64,000 bases of DNA, from assembly GCA_950097015.1 (NCBI GenBank), contig CATNEN010000038.1:17484001-17548000 (forward strand), written 5' to 3'. The position numbers and the translations under genes were made by a program. Below are positions 29,101-42,514 of this stretch, one piece after another. Source of the DNA: Macrostomum hystrix (lineage: Eukaryota > Animalia > Platyhelminthes). The notes under the pieces are model-generated. The model was not told the DNA's origin. It did no database searches and saw only the letters and a program-made list of their open reading frames with translations. Numbering within the stretch: position 1 is the stretch's first letter; each line of letters opens with the position of its first letter.

Positions 29101-32100
29101 AATGTTAAGAAAGTAAAATTCTGATTATGATTATGAGTAATATATGTTACAATGGTAATAGATTGTAGAGCATTTAGCGCGGCAGCTAAAACATAGGCAC
29201 TTGTGTTAACCACGCGCTAGTCGCATTAACATCGCCAATCTCCGTTAAACAATATTGGCCAACAATTACGAAATATTTTAGCATTGTACCCCAACACAGT
29301 GCTGGCTGATGATGAAGCAAGCACTGAGTGACACGCAGTGTGAGTAATCCAACTGTTTTTTGCTCAATAAAGCATTTGCAGTCAGTGAGAGAAGAGAGAG
29401 AAAGTGTTAAATAGGGAAAGTTAGTTATAGCTGTCAATCAAGCCAAACGAGTCCACTCAGTTGAGGCCGCAATTCTGAGACTCAATTGCCAAGCTGGACT
29501 CTGCGGAGATCTCAAAATATAATAGCGCCCTTACAGAACTGCGCCTCAATTGCTCCAGAAAATGATTGCGTCACTGTTTTGAGCCTTTGTGGCTTCACTG
29601 GTTGTGATGAACAACAAAAAGAAAGGAGAGAAATTGGAGAAGCTTAAACAGCCTGACTCAGTTGAGCACGGAGATAATCGATAGACCCCCCTCACCATCG
29701 CCTTCCTGCATTGGAGGCTAACTGGCATCCCCAAATTCAATGAGGTATGCAACCTGCCAATCTTCTGGAACTTTCTTAGAAACCTGCAGGGATTTCTATT
29801 CTCACCTTTACTTCATATGGTACCTCTTGCGGCTTTCGCAGAGTCCAAAAACAGGAGAGCTCAGTGACGCATGACGATAGAGATTGTGTGAAAGAGCGAC
29901 TGTCACTGTGGACGTGAGTGGAAGCCTAGGACCTATTTTTTGTCACCAATCCTGGCTTAAATGCTCAATTTTAAAAGCCGGCTCTACTCAATTCTATTTA
30001 CGTAGGTGGGAGATTACAGGGAATCCAAGTAGGCATTTAGGCGGGAAAAAAAAGAGAAAGTGGCGCTCGCATACACAGTGCTGAGATCTGTCTGTCCTAC
30101 TCATACTGGAGCTCCGTCACGGTGGGCCTAAAACTGGGAGTGCAAGAAGAGCTCCGCCCACAATGCCATTCCCTGCGCGAAGTTTGAGTCGCCATTCTCT
30201 GGGCAATATGCTCAGCATGGAATTATTCCCACCCTCCTCTTCGCAGCTCAACACCCCGGCACACCTATTCACACCGCATTGAATGGGCGCTCGCAATTCT
30301 CGCGTCCCAAACCCCCAATAGACGCACTCCGCTCACTGCCTAAATTCTTCGTAAAAAGAGGCCCCCTCACTCTTCTCCTCGCCTTCTGCCCCCCCCGGTC
30401 ATTTAACTTGTCAATCTTGTTTTAATAAGAGCCCACGGAGCAGGCACATAAACCCACTAACACGCACAGTGCCTCTCTAAACACCTACTGATGCTTCAGA
30501 ATTATGCCACCAGAAAACATCACCGGAAAACTAAATTTCAAATCTTCAAATTCACAATTTGAATCATATACAAATATGAGAATGCATAGAACAGGGGTCG
30601 GCAAACTTATTAGCTAGCGGGCCAAAGAGAGAACCTAAAAGACTACAGCGGGCCACATTGCCTTTAGAAATATGAGACAGGGGAGAGATTAGACAGGGGA
30701 GAGATGAGACAGGGGAGAGATGAGACAGGGGAGAGATGAGACAGGGGAGAGATTAGACAGGGGAGAGATTAGACAGGGGAGAGATGAGACAGGGGAGAGA
30801 TGAGACAGGGGAGATATGAGACAGGATACTGTAGGTGTTGGAAGGGGCAACGGGCTGAATTTGGGAGCTTCGAGGGCCGTAACTGGCCCGCGGACCGGAG
30901 TTTGCCGACCCCTGGCATAGAAGCTGTTTGACTCATGACTTCAGTACTATTCAGCCAGGTTTTCCATGCTTAGAGTAGCGTAAATTGCCCGACTCAGTCA
31001 ATTTTCAACTATATTAAATCGATAATCCAGAAAGCTCACAAAAATGCTACACAGGAAACAATTAAGGATAGAAATTTGAGCTTGAAACGTTTGAAACGCC
31101 AATGAATAGGGCCTGAGCTAACATCCTTTATCTATCTAGGCATTGGAAAAAAAATGGAGATAATAAAGACAAAAACAACACCACACAACGTCTATCCAAC
31201 AGACGACCCAGAGAAGCAGATTTAACCCAACGAAGCGGAGAAAATTTCTCTGAAACAAGAAAAAGTTACTCCCTTCCCTGCTTTTTTTCGCATCCAACCG
31301 CACCCATCGGTAAACCTTGCTTCCACACTTTGCTTAGCTGGCTGGAATTAGGAAGCTCAGAAAACTGCCACGCCCTTGCAGCGGGAATTCCAGCTCATTT
31401 AATTGCTTGGATCGATTTCAGTTTCACCGGGTAGCAATACAGTATAGGTAGAAGTACTGCGCATTGTCAGCGATTCTTGTGCCAAACTTTCGCTTTATAA
31501 AGCCGAAACCGAAAGAACAAAAGCTTCTTCTGGGTCTTCTGGGTTAACAAACATTTTGATTAAGTTTGAATACAGAAGTTTTGAGCATTCAGAAGCTTTG
31601 TGGACAGATTTTTGAACACGTGTGCAATAGTCTATGGACAGATTTCTGAACACGTGTGCAATAGTCTATGGACAGATTTCTGAACACGTGTGCAATAGTC
31701 TATGGACAGATTTCTGAACACGTGTGCAATAGTCTATGGACAGATTTCTGAACACGTGTGCAATAGTCTATGGATAGATTTCTGAACACGTGTGCAATAG
31801 TCTATGGATAGATTTCTGAGCACGCGTGCAATAGTCTATGGATAGATTTCTGAGCACGCGTGCAATAGTCTATGGACAGATTTCTGAACACGTGTGCAAT
31901 AGTCTATGAATAGATTTCTGAACACGTGTGCAATAGTCTATGGACAGATTTCTGAACACGTGTGCAATAGTCTATGGATAGATTTCTGAGCACGCGTGCA
32001 ATAGTCTATGGACAGATTTCTGAGCAAGCACGTAATAGTTTGTGTACAGCTTTGACTGAACAAGTATGCTCAATACGATGCTAAATGCTCAAGTTATAGC

Positions 32101-33789
32101 CGACCTAAATTCGACAATTACAACAGGTACTGTCCCTGGGTCTATGTCGCGATGAAACCGACCAGCTGCATCACGAAGCCTGGATTGGTCTTGTCTATCC
32201 AAAGAAGTCCGACTGGTACGCGCCAAGCACCTGTAATGAACTAGCTGAACAGGTGCTCAGAGCGGCTAGGCGTGGCGCAGCTGGTCTCGTATTCGATTTG
32301 CGCAAAGCTCACGGACACCTGCGAGATCAGGTGAATAGAATACCTGTTTACCAATGAAGAGTGAAGAAGCAAGAATAGAGCAGTTGAAAATAAACTATTG
32401 AAACGATTCTTTACAGCTCATGGAAATATCTACCGCTGAGAAAGAGCGCTTCAACATCACAGTGACAATAGTGGACTCGAGGGAGGCGAAAAATCTAGAC
32501 ATGCTGGAGTCACTAGACCTGGCCAAGCATCACGCCGAGGTCGTCATAAGACCCGCGAAGGCTGCCGCCAGAGTCAGCGGTCGTACAGGCGGAGTCAGCG
32601 GCGGACATCAAAGAACTAGGGCCACTTTCTACGCGGAGATCGCCGCATTCTTATTGTTCTTTCTGGTGTTCTGCGTCACAGGGATTGTGCTGCTGTTAAA
32701 GGTGACAAAGACACTAATTGAAGGGACGAGTGCATAATTAAGCATAGTTTAAAGTACTCTGAGCACATACGCACGCACTGGTTAGTAAGCCTGCTCAGAC
32801 GATTGTTGGGCGATTATAGGCGTCCATATTGTATCTACAAACGCAACAGTTGTTCTCTGGAATGCGTCAAATAATTTTACTAATAACTGCGGGAGGGCTG
32901 CGCGCAATGGCACATCAATTGGAGACACGAGACTCGCAGCCAGCGAGGAGGCAATTCTGCCCATTCCGCTGACTCCTGAGCACACACAGGTGTGTACATC
33001 TACCCTGACTTTCTCAATGTCAGGCAGTGTACACTCTCAGTGTTCCTTTGAGGTTGGCCCTCAAAGGAGTAAATTTCACGACAAGCCCCCAAGTCATTTC
33101 TCCGCGGCTGCGCCTCAAATGAATGTGGCCTTGCCGCGGAATCGAACTCAGGGACGTTGGCGCAAGAGGCAATCGCGTTAACCGCTCTGCCACTGACCCT
33201 CTAGCTAAATATTTCGCATTCTCAACGCATTCTAATCGCGCAGTTTTACTCAAAGCGGGACACGACAACGGCCTCAACAACTAGCACATCGCTTCTATCA
33301 ACGACAAACAAGCTGACACGATCCATAATGGACCAGTTGGAGACTAGGCCATACAAAGCGCCATCTAATCGATCCAGCGTGGACAGGTGCGACTCGAACA
33401 GTCGAGAGGCTGCGAGTTGCCCGGTCTGTCAAATCGAGTTTCATTACAACGAACCGCTTCGTGTGCTACCGTGTCGGCACCAGCTGCACCTGAGCTGTGC
33501 TCAGAACTGGCTAGCTGATTATCAAACCTGTCCTCTGTGCCAGCACAACATCCTGGGTGAGCCACCGACAAAACCTGACGACAATAATACAACGGAAACC
33601 ATGACAACTACCGCCACCGCGAGGACAACTGCGCTAGCCGTCAATGCGACTGGCCACTGTGACGACTCATCGTCAAGCTACAGTGCGCTATGCGACGATG
33701 TCTCTAGCACCGTCACAAACAGCGGAGCAGTGTCCAAGCCTGTAGATCTGATTGGTCGCAGGCCACCATCAAAGGAGACGACATTGTGA
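26119..33789 (+). CDS. ZNRF3: ZNRF3/RNF43/PLR-1-like PA-TM-RING E3 ubiquitin ligase, 4 exons (26119-26352, 32127-32330, 32417-32701, 33244-33789), ~422 aa
   Basis: Signal peptide. PA domain LSLGLC...AWIGLV...C..LAEQVLRAARRGAAGLVFD resembles ZNRF3 HPLGLC...GWVGVV...C...AKRAVQRGATAVIFD. TM helix. Juxta-RING KLTRSIMDQLETRPY resembles RLAVQALEKMETRKF. RING-H2 CPVC...LRVLPCRHQLHLSC...W...TCPLC. All junctions are phase-0 GT-AG. Confidence 0.85.
26364..26757. repeat. (CTGA/CTGC)n tetranucleotide microsatellite at the start of ZNRF3-like intron 1
   Basis: Seen directly. Confidence 0.97.
27450..28830. repeat. 32-33-bp pyrimidine-rich minisatellite (gccccttatcattctcctcttcccctgttcct)
   Basis: About 40 units. 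Confidence 0.95.
30592..30914. mobile_element. hAT (Charlie-type) MITE with an internal 16-bp tandem repeat
   Basis: Perfect TIR CAGGGGTCGGCAAACT / AGTTTGCCGACCCCTG; 8-bp TSD GCATAGAA at 30584-30591 and 30915-30922. Confidence 0.92.
31598..32060. repeat. 34-bp minisatellite (gtgcaatagtctatggacagatttctgaacacgt)
   Basis: About 13 units just upstream of the exon 2 acceptor. Confidence 0.95.
32878..33200 (-). mobile_element. tRNA-derived SINE family A in ZNRF3-like intron 3
   Basis: Minus strand: A box TGGCAGAGCGG, B box GAGTTCGATTCC, tta tail. Confidence 0.88.
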
Positions 33790-34309
33790 ACTTCTTATAA
33801 GCAGCAAAATACATTGAAAAGCGCAGCAAACTAATGGACGACAAACCGAATAACAATGGTAGCAATAATGAGAAGCTGAATGGTAGTAAAGAAAATAAAT
33901 AATAAAAACCTGCCATAATAGTAGTTCTATAACAGCGGCTTCAGAAAACGGAAAGAAGGATCGAAAAAATTTCATACAAAATGACCCATAAGAATAGAGA
34001 CTAAGCAGGAGATGGTTAGACTAGACATAAGGTTGCTAGCGGATAGACTTAGAATGTTAACAGAAGAAAGAACACGGGGGTATTTCAAATACCTACATTT
34101 TTTTTCCTTTTTCTTTATATCCCGCTCTATCCGATGAAACAAATTCCAGAATCACAAAACATCAGAATCGTCGAGATATTCAACGATTCTCGTTGGTGTA
34201 CAGGCTTAATTTTTCTGTTCACAAAATTTCATCCTGTAACAGTGTCGGCTATGATTGTTGACTACTTAAGATTGATTGTATTTTTATTATTTTTTTAATG
34301 CTAGTTGTC

Positions 34310-34546
34310 AGGGGGTCGCTGGCAAAACGGTTATCGCATTTTTCTCGCAGCAAGGTCCCAAGTTCGATTCCACGGCGAGGCCACATTTATTTGCGGCGCA
34401 GCCGCGGAGAGAAGGCGTAGGGGCTTGTCGTGCAATTTACGCCCTTGAGGGCCAACCTCCAAGGCACAGTGAAATGTACACTGCCTGACAATGAGAAAGT
34501 CAGAGAAGATGTACACACCTGTGTGAGCGTATGCCTGCGTACAGTA
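34310..34546 (+). mobile_element. tRNA-derived SINE family A, 5' part
   Basis: B box AAGTTCGATTCC; body matches 35452 onward. Confidence 0.85.
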
Positions 34547-34549
34547 TTT

Positions 34550-35445
34550 ACCTTAGATTCTACCTTCGATTCTATCTACGATTCTACCTTCGATTCTATC
34601 TACGATTCCATCTACGATTCTACCTTCGATTCTATCTACGATTCTACCTTCGATTCTATCTACGATTCTATCTACTATTCTACCTTCGATTCTATCTACG
34701 ATTCTATCTACGATTCTACCTTCGATTCTATCTACGATTCTATCTACGATTCTATCTACGATTCTACCTTCGATTCTATCTACGATTCTATCTACGATTC
34801 TGCCTTCGATTCTATCTACGATTCTATCTACTATTCTACCTTCGATTCTATCTACGATTCTATCTACGATTATATCTACGATTATATCTACGATTATATC
34901 TACGATAATATCTACGATTCTACATTCGATAATATCTACGATTCTATCTACGATTCTACATTCGATTCTATCTACGATTCTACCTTCGATTCTATCTACG
35001 ATACTATCTACGATTCTGTCTACGATTCTACCTTCGATTTATTCTACGATTATATCTACGATTCTATCTACGATTCTATCTACGATTCTATCTACGATTC
35101 TACCTTCGATTCTATCTACGATTCTATCTACGATTCTGCCTTCGATTCTATCTACGATTCTATCTACTATTCTACCTTCGATTCTATCTACGATTCTATC
35201 TACGATTATATCTACGATTATATCTACGATTATATCTACGATAATATCTACGATTCTACATTCGATAATATCTACGATTCTATCTACGATTCTACATTCG
35301 ATTCTATCTACGATTCTACCTTCGATTCTATCTACGATACTATCTACGATTCTGTCTACGATTCTACCTTCGATTTATTCTACGATTATATCTACGATTC
35401 TGTATAGGATTCCTTCAATGATTCCATCTACGATTCTTTCTTCGA
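34550..35445. repeat. 12-bp minisatellite (gattctatctac) with a 336-bp higher-order duplication
   Basis: Variants recur 336 bp apart (34801 vs 35137). Confidence 0.95.
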
Positions 35446-35451
35446 TTTTAA

Positions 35452-35816
35452 GGGGGTCGGTGGCTGAGCGGTTAACGCGTTTGCCTCTCGTACCACGGTC
35501 CCTAAGTTCGATTCCAAGGCGAGGCCACAGTCATTTGGGGCGCAGCCGCGGAGAGAAGGCTTGGGGGCTTGTCGTGCAATTTACGCCTTTGAGGGCTAAC
35601 CTCCAAGGCACAGCGAGAGTGTACACTGCCTGACGATGAGAAAGTCAGGGCAGATGTACACACCTGTGTGAGCGTGTGCCTGCATACAGTATCTGTGTGC
35701 GTGTGTGCTCAGGAGTCAGCGAAATGGGCAGAATTGCCTCCTCGCTGGCTGCGGGTCTAGTGTCACCAAATGATGTGCCATTGCCCGCAGCCCTCCGGCA
35801 ATCATTATTATTATTA
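35452..35816 (+). mobile_element. Full-length tRNA-derived SINE, family A
   Basis: GGGGGTCGGTGGCTGAGCGG (A box), AAGTTCGATTCC (B box), ~300-bp body, (ATT)n tail; five copies in the window. Confidence 0.9.
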
Positions 35817-37049
35817 ATGCTCGACGATGCTGACTCTCATGAATGGTGGACTGTCACAAAAAACGGTCATTCATTTTGGGAGATATCGTAAAGTAGAAAG
35901 CGGGTATTTGAAATACGAAATATTTGAGAATAGATAGTAAATTTCAGGCCGAATAAACACCTATTTTGGAAGTGAACTGAAATTAAAAAATTGCGTCAGC
36001 TTCACCCAAGTTTAGTCTACTTGAATGGAAAGGAAAATGAGTAAAACAACAAAACTTGTTAAAATAAATCAAATATTCTCAAAATGTAAATAGTTATTTA
36101 TTTATACCACAATATTTTAAGCAATGCAATAATAATGAAAAAGCACAGCAAAACAAGAATTGAACAATTCCATTGTTCTGAAATGTATAAATATGTTCTG
36201 AATTTCATCATAACGCAATCTGAAACAGCCAATGGAATGTACATCTATAGATGTGTTATAGAGCAGTAATGTCAATAGTAAAACAAATGTAAAACAAATC
36301 TGAATTATGTAAATTAGCAATGCCAAATGTCAATCCGCTTTCATGAATATGAGATAACAAACTTAAACAAAATATTTATTAAAAAAACTTATAATGGGGT
36401 TTGTGTCATAGTGGTTACAGCATCTGACTTAATTTGAAGGTCGGTGGTTCGATTGCCGTCAAGATTACTAGGCGATTAGATTCCCCTATTGATCAATAAA
36501 ACGTTATTGATACATATGAAAACGAAAACAATTGAAATCGAAACAAAACAAAACACAAAAACAATACGCCAAAGTACAACAAATGCTCAGGCAACAATAG
36601 CTGATATGTGGTTGCATTTCAGTGCCAATAATCTTGATCACAGAGCTTTAACACGTTGAGATTTAATTTGACAGTTTCATTATCACCCGCTCTCTGTTGC
36701 CGGCTTCTGAAATTTTTACGAACAAAATTGGGTTAGGAAAGTGCGCTAATACTACTTACACTACTGTTAGTAGGCGGTAAATAAGTTCGAGATAACGAAG
36801 CTAGGACAAAACTAGTTTTTGTAGCTAAAATTAGTGGAACTGAAATCTGATCAATTATGCAGGAATCATAATTTCGAGTCCTGCAGGATAAAAGATTTTT
36901 TTAACTTGGTATTTTTTTAGAATTTGCGATTTGGCACTCAGCTACTTAGCTATATAAAAATTTGTAGGAAACAGAATTTATGGGATTTTCCTATTTCTAG
37001 AATTTTTGTTTTGTAGATTTCTGAATTTTTTAATATGGAACTTGTAAGA

Positions 37050-38990
37050 CATCGGATTTGAAGGATATGGGATTTGAAGGATATGGGATTTGAAGAACTT
37101 GGGATTTGAAGGATATGGGATTTGAAGAACTTGGGATTTGAAGGATATGGGATTTGAAGAACTTGGGATTTGTAGGATATGGGATTTGAAGAACTTGGGA
37201 TTTGAAGGATATGGGATTTGAAGGATATGGGATTTGAAGGATATGGGATTTGAAGAACTTGGGATTTAAAGGATACGGGATTTGAAGGATATGGGATTTG
37301 AAGGATATGGGATTTGAAGAACTTGGGATTTAAAGGATACGGGATTTGAAGGATATGGGATTTGAAGGATATGGGATTTGAAGGATTTGGGATTTGAAGG
37401 ATATTGGATTTGTAGGATATGGGATTTGAAGGATATGGGATTTGAAGGATATGGGATTTGAAGAACTTGGGATTTAAAGGATACGGGATTTGAAGGATAT
37501 GGGATTTGAAGGATATGGGATTTGAAGGATATGGGATTTGAAGAACTTGGGATTTAAAGGATACGGGATTTGAAGGATATGGGATTTGAAGGATATGGGA
37601 TTTGAAGGATATGGGATTTGAAGGATATGAGATTTGAGGGATTTGGGATTTGAAGGATATTGGATTTGTAGGATATGGGATTTGAAGGATATGAGATTTG
37701 AAGGATATGGGATTTGAAGGATATTGGATTTGTAGGATATGAGATTTGAAGGATATGGGATTTGAAGGATTTGGGATTTGAAGGATTTGGGATTTGAAGG
37801 ATTTGGGATTTGAAGGATTTGGGATTTGAAGGATATTGGATTTGAAGGATATTGGATTTGAAGGATATTGGATTTGTAGGATATTGGATTTGTAGGATTT
37901 GGGATTTGAAGGATATGGGATTTGAAGGATATTGGATTTGAAGGATATTGGATTTGAAGGATATTGGATTTGTAGGATATTGGATTTGAAGGATATTGGA
38001 TTTGAAGGATATTGGATTTGAAGGATATTGGATTTGAAGGATATTGGATTTGTAGGATTTGGGATTTGAAGGATATGGGATTTGAAGGATATTGGATTTG
38101 AAGGATATTGGATTTGAAGGATATTGGATTTGTAGGATATTGGATTTGAAGGATATTGGATTTGAAGGATATTGGATTTGAAGGATATTGGATTTGAAGG
38201 ATATTGGATTTGTAGGATTTGGGATTTGAAGGATATGGGATTTGAAGGATTTGGGATTTGAAGGATATTGGATTTGAAGGATATTGGATTTGAAGGATAT
38301 TGGATTTGTAGGATATTGGATTTGTAGGATTTGGGATTTGAAGGATATGGGATTTGAAGGATTTGGGATTTGAAGGATATTGGATTTGAAGGATATTGGA
38401 TTTGTAGGATATTGGATTTGAAGGATATTGGATTTGAAGGATATTGGATTTGTAGGATATTGGATTTGAAGGATATTGGATTTGAAGGATATTGGATTTG
38501 AAGGATATTGGATTTGAAGGATATTGGATTTGTAGGATTTAGGATTTGAAGGATATTGGATTTGAAGGATTTGGGATTTGAAGGATTTGGGATTTGAAGG
38601 ATATTGGATTTGAAGGATATTGGATTTGAAGGATTTGGGATTTGAAGGATATTGGATTTGAAGGATATTGGATTTGAAGGATATTGGATTTGAAGGATTT
38701 GGGATTTGAAGGATATTGGATTTGAAGGATATTGGATTTGTAGGATATGGGATTTGAAGGATATTGGATTTGAAGGATATTGGATTTGAAGGATATTGGA
38801 TTTGAAGGATATTGGATTTGTAGGATTTGGGATTTGAAGGATATTGGATTTGAAGGATATTGGATTTGAAGGATATTGGATTTGTAGGATATGGGATTTG
38901 AAGGATATGGGATTTGAAGGATTTGGGATTTGAAGGATTTGGGATTTGAAGAATTTGGGATTTGAAAGATATGAGATTTTTAAGGGATTT
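37050..38990. repeat. 16-bp minisatellite (gggatttgaaggatat) with degenerate flanks
   Basis: About 120 units. Confidence 0.96.
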
Positions 38991-39399
38991 TTAGGATTTA
39001 GGATATGTAGATTTTTATCTGTAGGATTCAGGATTTGTAGAACTTGAGATATTTATCAATAGTTAGACAAGCTTCAATGGATTTTTTTAACTTAGGTAAT
39101 TATTGAATTCGGGATTTGAAAGCATTCGGGATTTGTAGGGCTTGAGATTTTTAGGATTTGGGATTAGTAGTATTCGGGATCTGTACCACTTGAGGGATTT
39201 GTCAATTTGGTAATTATTGGCTTTTTAGGATTTGGGATTTGTTGAATTTGGTATCTGAAGGACTAGCGACTAGGAAAATTTTGGATTTAAAGGACTTGGA
39301 ATTAATATAGGATTTGGGATTTTCCTAATTTTAGACATGTAGGATTTGGTATGGATCGATAAAATACATCAATGGAAACTTGACCAGCAGGACAATATG

Positions 39400-39635
39400 C
39401 ATTGCCACTAGCACAAGCACAGCCATTGTGCGTCGCCTACAAAAGATTTGTACAACTGCTCAGTCCGTAGACTAGTGGGAAGCGGGCATCATAAGCCTCT
39501 AATGTCTCCAACTGGGTGAACTGAAGCACTTCAGGGAATTGTGCGTTCTAGGCTCAATGACAAGGACCGAGATTCGAACTCCGGACCTTTCAAGGCATAG
39601 GACCAAAGGTTTCAGCCCCAAGGCTAAAAGCCCCT
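39400..39635 (-). mobile_element. tRNA-derived SINE family B (diverged)
   Basis: Minus-strand B box GGAGTTCGAATCTC; shares ctgggtgaactgaagca and cagtccRtRgact with 52770-53020. Confidence 0.65.
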
Positions 39636-40184
39636 AAAATATTGAATGAAATTTTAGATTTTGATTCGATATTCACAGCTTCAAGCAATCTACTATTAGT
39701 AGCACGCGGGGGTTGATAAGAGAATGAATAGAGAAGAACACAGCAGAAGAAAAACAATAGATAAATACCTGTTCAAAAAAAACCTGCATTACAATAGGCA
39801 TTTAAAAATGCAAAAATTCAATTGATCACCTTTTATCAATAGTTAGACAATTTTCAAACGATCTGACAATTCTAATATGTGAATATCGTATGCGAACAAT
39901 AGCGACAAATAAAGCGACAATTCGCTTTTGTCTTAACAGACTCTCACGCCTAGATAAACAATTTGAAAAAAGCACCTATATACAACTGGCTGAATGTTGA
40001 AGAGAAACTGTTGTATTGAGCATATAAAACAGAAAATGGTTCACTGATTAATAGCTATTTGCTTTTACTGCCTAATAAAATGGTTCACTATCAAGCGGAA
40101 AGTGGAAATGATAGAATATTAAAAAAAGTTGATTGGGGAATAGGATAAAGTATACAGGAGAGTAGACGAAATGAATAAGAAAAA

Positions 40185-40850
40185 TGAGACTGTTGTGAGA
40201 TAGGCTGAGACTCAAGTGAGATAGGATGAGACTCAAGTGAGATAGGATGAGACTGTTGTAAGATAGGATGAGACTCAAGTGAGATAGGATGAGACTCAAG
40301 TGAGATAGGATGAGACTCAAGTGAGATAGGATGAGACTCAAGTGAGATAGGATGAGACTGTTGTGAGATAGGATGAGACTCAAGTGAGATAGGATGAGAC
40401 TGTTGTGAGATAGGATGAGACTCAAGTGAGATAGGATGAGACTCAAGTGAGATAGGATGAGACTCAAGTGAGATAGGATGAGACTCAAGTGAGATAGGAT
40501 GAGACTGTAGTGAGATAGGATGAGACTGTAGTGTGATAGAAGGAGACTGGAGTGAGTTTAGATGAGACTGTAGTGAGATAAGATGAGACTCAAGTGAGAT
40601 AGGATGAGACTGTTGTGAGATAGGATGAGACTCAAGTGAGATAGGATGAGACTGTTGTGAGATAGGATGAGACTCAAGTGAGATAGGATGAGACTGTTGT
40701 GAGATAGGATGAGACTCAAGTGAGATAGGATGAGACTCAAGTGAGATAGGATGAGACTGTAGTGAGATAGGATGAGACTGTAGTGTGATAGAAGGAGACT
40801 GGAGTGAGTTTAGATGAGACTGTAGTGAGATAAGATGAGACTAGAGTGAG
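40185..40850. repeat. 21-bp minisatellite (gagataggatgagactcaagt)
   Basis: Tandem units; 252-bp block duplication. Confidence 0.95.
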
Positions 40851-41439
40851 TGCGAATAGCAGTCTCAGATATTAAAGAGAGGCTATGAACAGTGACAATG
40901 AAATATAAAATGAAATATAAGAAAAATGTATCGAAAAAAGAACGATAAGAACGGAGGAACCCGGAGGAAGTGCCCCAGTCTTAAAAAAGGTTCCTGTCAA
41001 ATATATTTATTAAGCATGGGATAAGCAATCCTCTCACAATGGGTGTTTTTCGCGTGTCAGCGGCACAGTTAAGGGATATATATAACGAGCCTTACTGAAG
41101 CCAACCAGTTTTTTAATCATCTACTAAGCACATTATATTTCGAATGAGTTACAGCATTAATCTTAAGAGGGGACGATAGCTGCTGCCTAAGGGCTGCATA
41201 ATCTACTAGTAGGATCCTAATTTAACCAGAAACAAGGCCAAATGCTAGATAGGGTAGGGAACACTTTCAGTCCACAGCTACTACACATGAGGAAAATAAT
41301 AAGATAGTAAGGTTTCATTTGAGCATATTATTTGATTGAATCTGACGATTCTAAGAACTAAAAAAATTCTTAGAACTTTAGGATTAGTGGAATTTTGGAT
41401 TTGATGGACTCGGGATATGAAGGATTATTGATTTGTGGT

Positions 41440-42430
41440 ATTATAGATCTGAAGGATTAGGGATCTGTAGGATTAGGGATCTGTAGGATTAGGGAACTGT
41501 AGGATTGGGGATGGGATCTGTAGGATTAGGGAACTGTAGGATTGGGGATCTGTAGGATTAGGGATCTGTAGGATTAGGAATCTGTAGGATTGGGGATCTG
41601 TAGGATTACGGATCAGTAGGATTAGGGATCTGTAGGATTGGGAATATGTAGGATTAGGGAACTGTAGGATTGGGGATCTGTAGGATTAGGGATCTGTGGG
41701 ATTAGGGAACTGTAAGATTGGGGATCTGTAGGATTAGGGAAATGTAGGATTAGGGAACTGTAGGATTGGGGATCTGTAGGATTAGGGATCTGTGGGATTA
41801 GGGAACTGTAATATTGGGAATCTGTAGGATTAGGGAACTGTAGGATTAGGGAACTGTAGGATTGGGGTTTCTATAGGATTAGGGAACTGTAGGATTTGGG
41901 ATCTGTAGGATTAGGAATCTATAGGATTAGGGATCTGTAGGATTGGGAATATGTAGGATTAGGGAACTGTAGGATTGGGGATCTGTAGGATTAGGGAACT
42001 GTAGGATTAGGGATCTGTGGGATTAGGGAACTGTAAGATTGGGGATCTGTAGGATTAGGGATCTGTAGGATTGGGGATCTGTAGGATTAGGGATCTGTAG
42101 GATTAGGGAACTGTAGGATTGGGAATCTGTAGGATTAGGGAACTGTAGGATTAGGAATCTGTAGGATTACGGATCAGTAGGATTAGGGATCTGTAGGATT
42201 GGGAATCTGTAGGATTAGGGAACTGTAGGATTTGGGATCTGTAGGATTAGGAATCTGTAGGATTGGGGATCTGTAGGATTACGGATCAGTAGGATTAGGG
42301 ATCTGTAGGATTGGGAATATGTAGGATTAGGGAACTGTAGGATTGGGGATCTGTAGGATTAGGGAACTGTAGGATTAGGGATCTGTAGGATTAGGGAACT
42401 GTAAGATTGGGGATCTGTAGGATTAGGGAT
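41440..42430. repeat. 16-bp minisatellite (ggattagggatctgta)
   Basis: About 60 units just 3' of the Q-rich ORF. Confidence 0.95.
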
Positions 42431-42514
42431 CCTGAATTCTGAGTTCTGAGTTCTGGGATTCTGAATTTTACAGAACACTACAAGCAAGTGACACCTACCA
42501 GTTGATGAAATGCT

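Larger units (their letters stand above)
34076..35916. mobile_element. Dispersed MITE-like repeat (ends GTATTTCAAATACC / GGTATTTGAAATAC) interrupted by a ~1.6-kb SINE-satellite-SINE block
   Basis: 34120-34192 and 35819-35916 match adjacent parts of an uninterrupted copy at ~50335-50580; related fragments at ~61970-62045 and ~63790. Confidence 0.6.

Noticed and set aside
29440-30420. Coding-like GC-balanced stretch in ZNRF3-like intron 1
   Set aside because: Stops occur in the frames I read, with no recognisable motif; probably a decayed TE, but I cannot support that
35452-35525. tRNA gene (also ~36397-36460 and ~52305-52380)
   Set aside because: A and B boxes are present but there is no complete cloverleaf; these are SINE heads or their remnants
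35620-35660. Hammerhead-like CTGACGA...GAAA.GTC inside SINE family A
   Set aside because: There is no room for stems II or III; the segment folds as a simple hairpin
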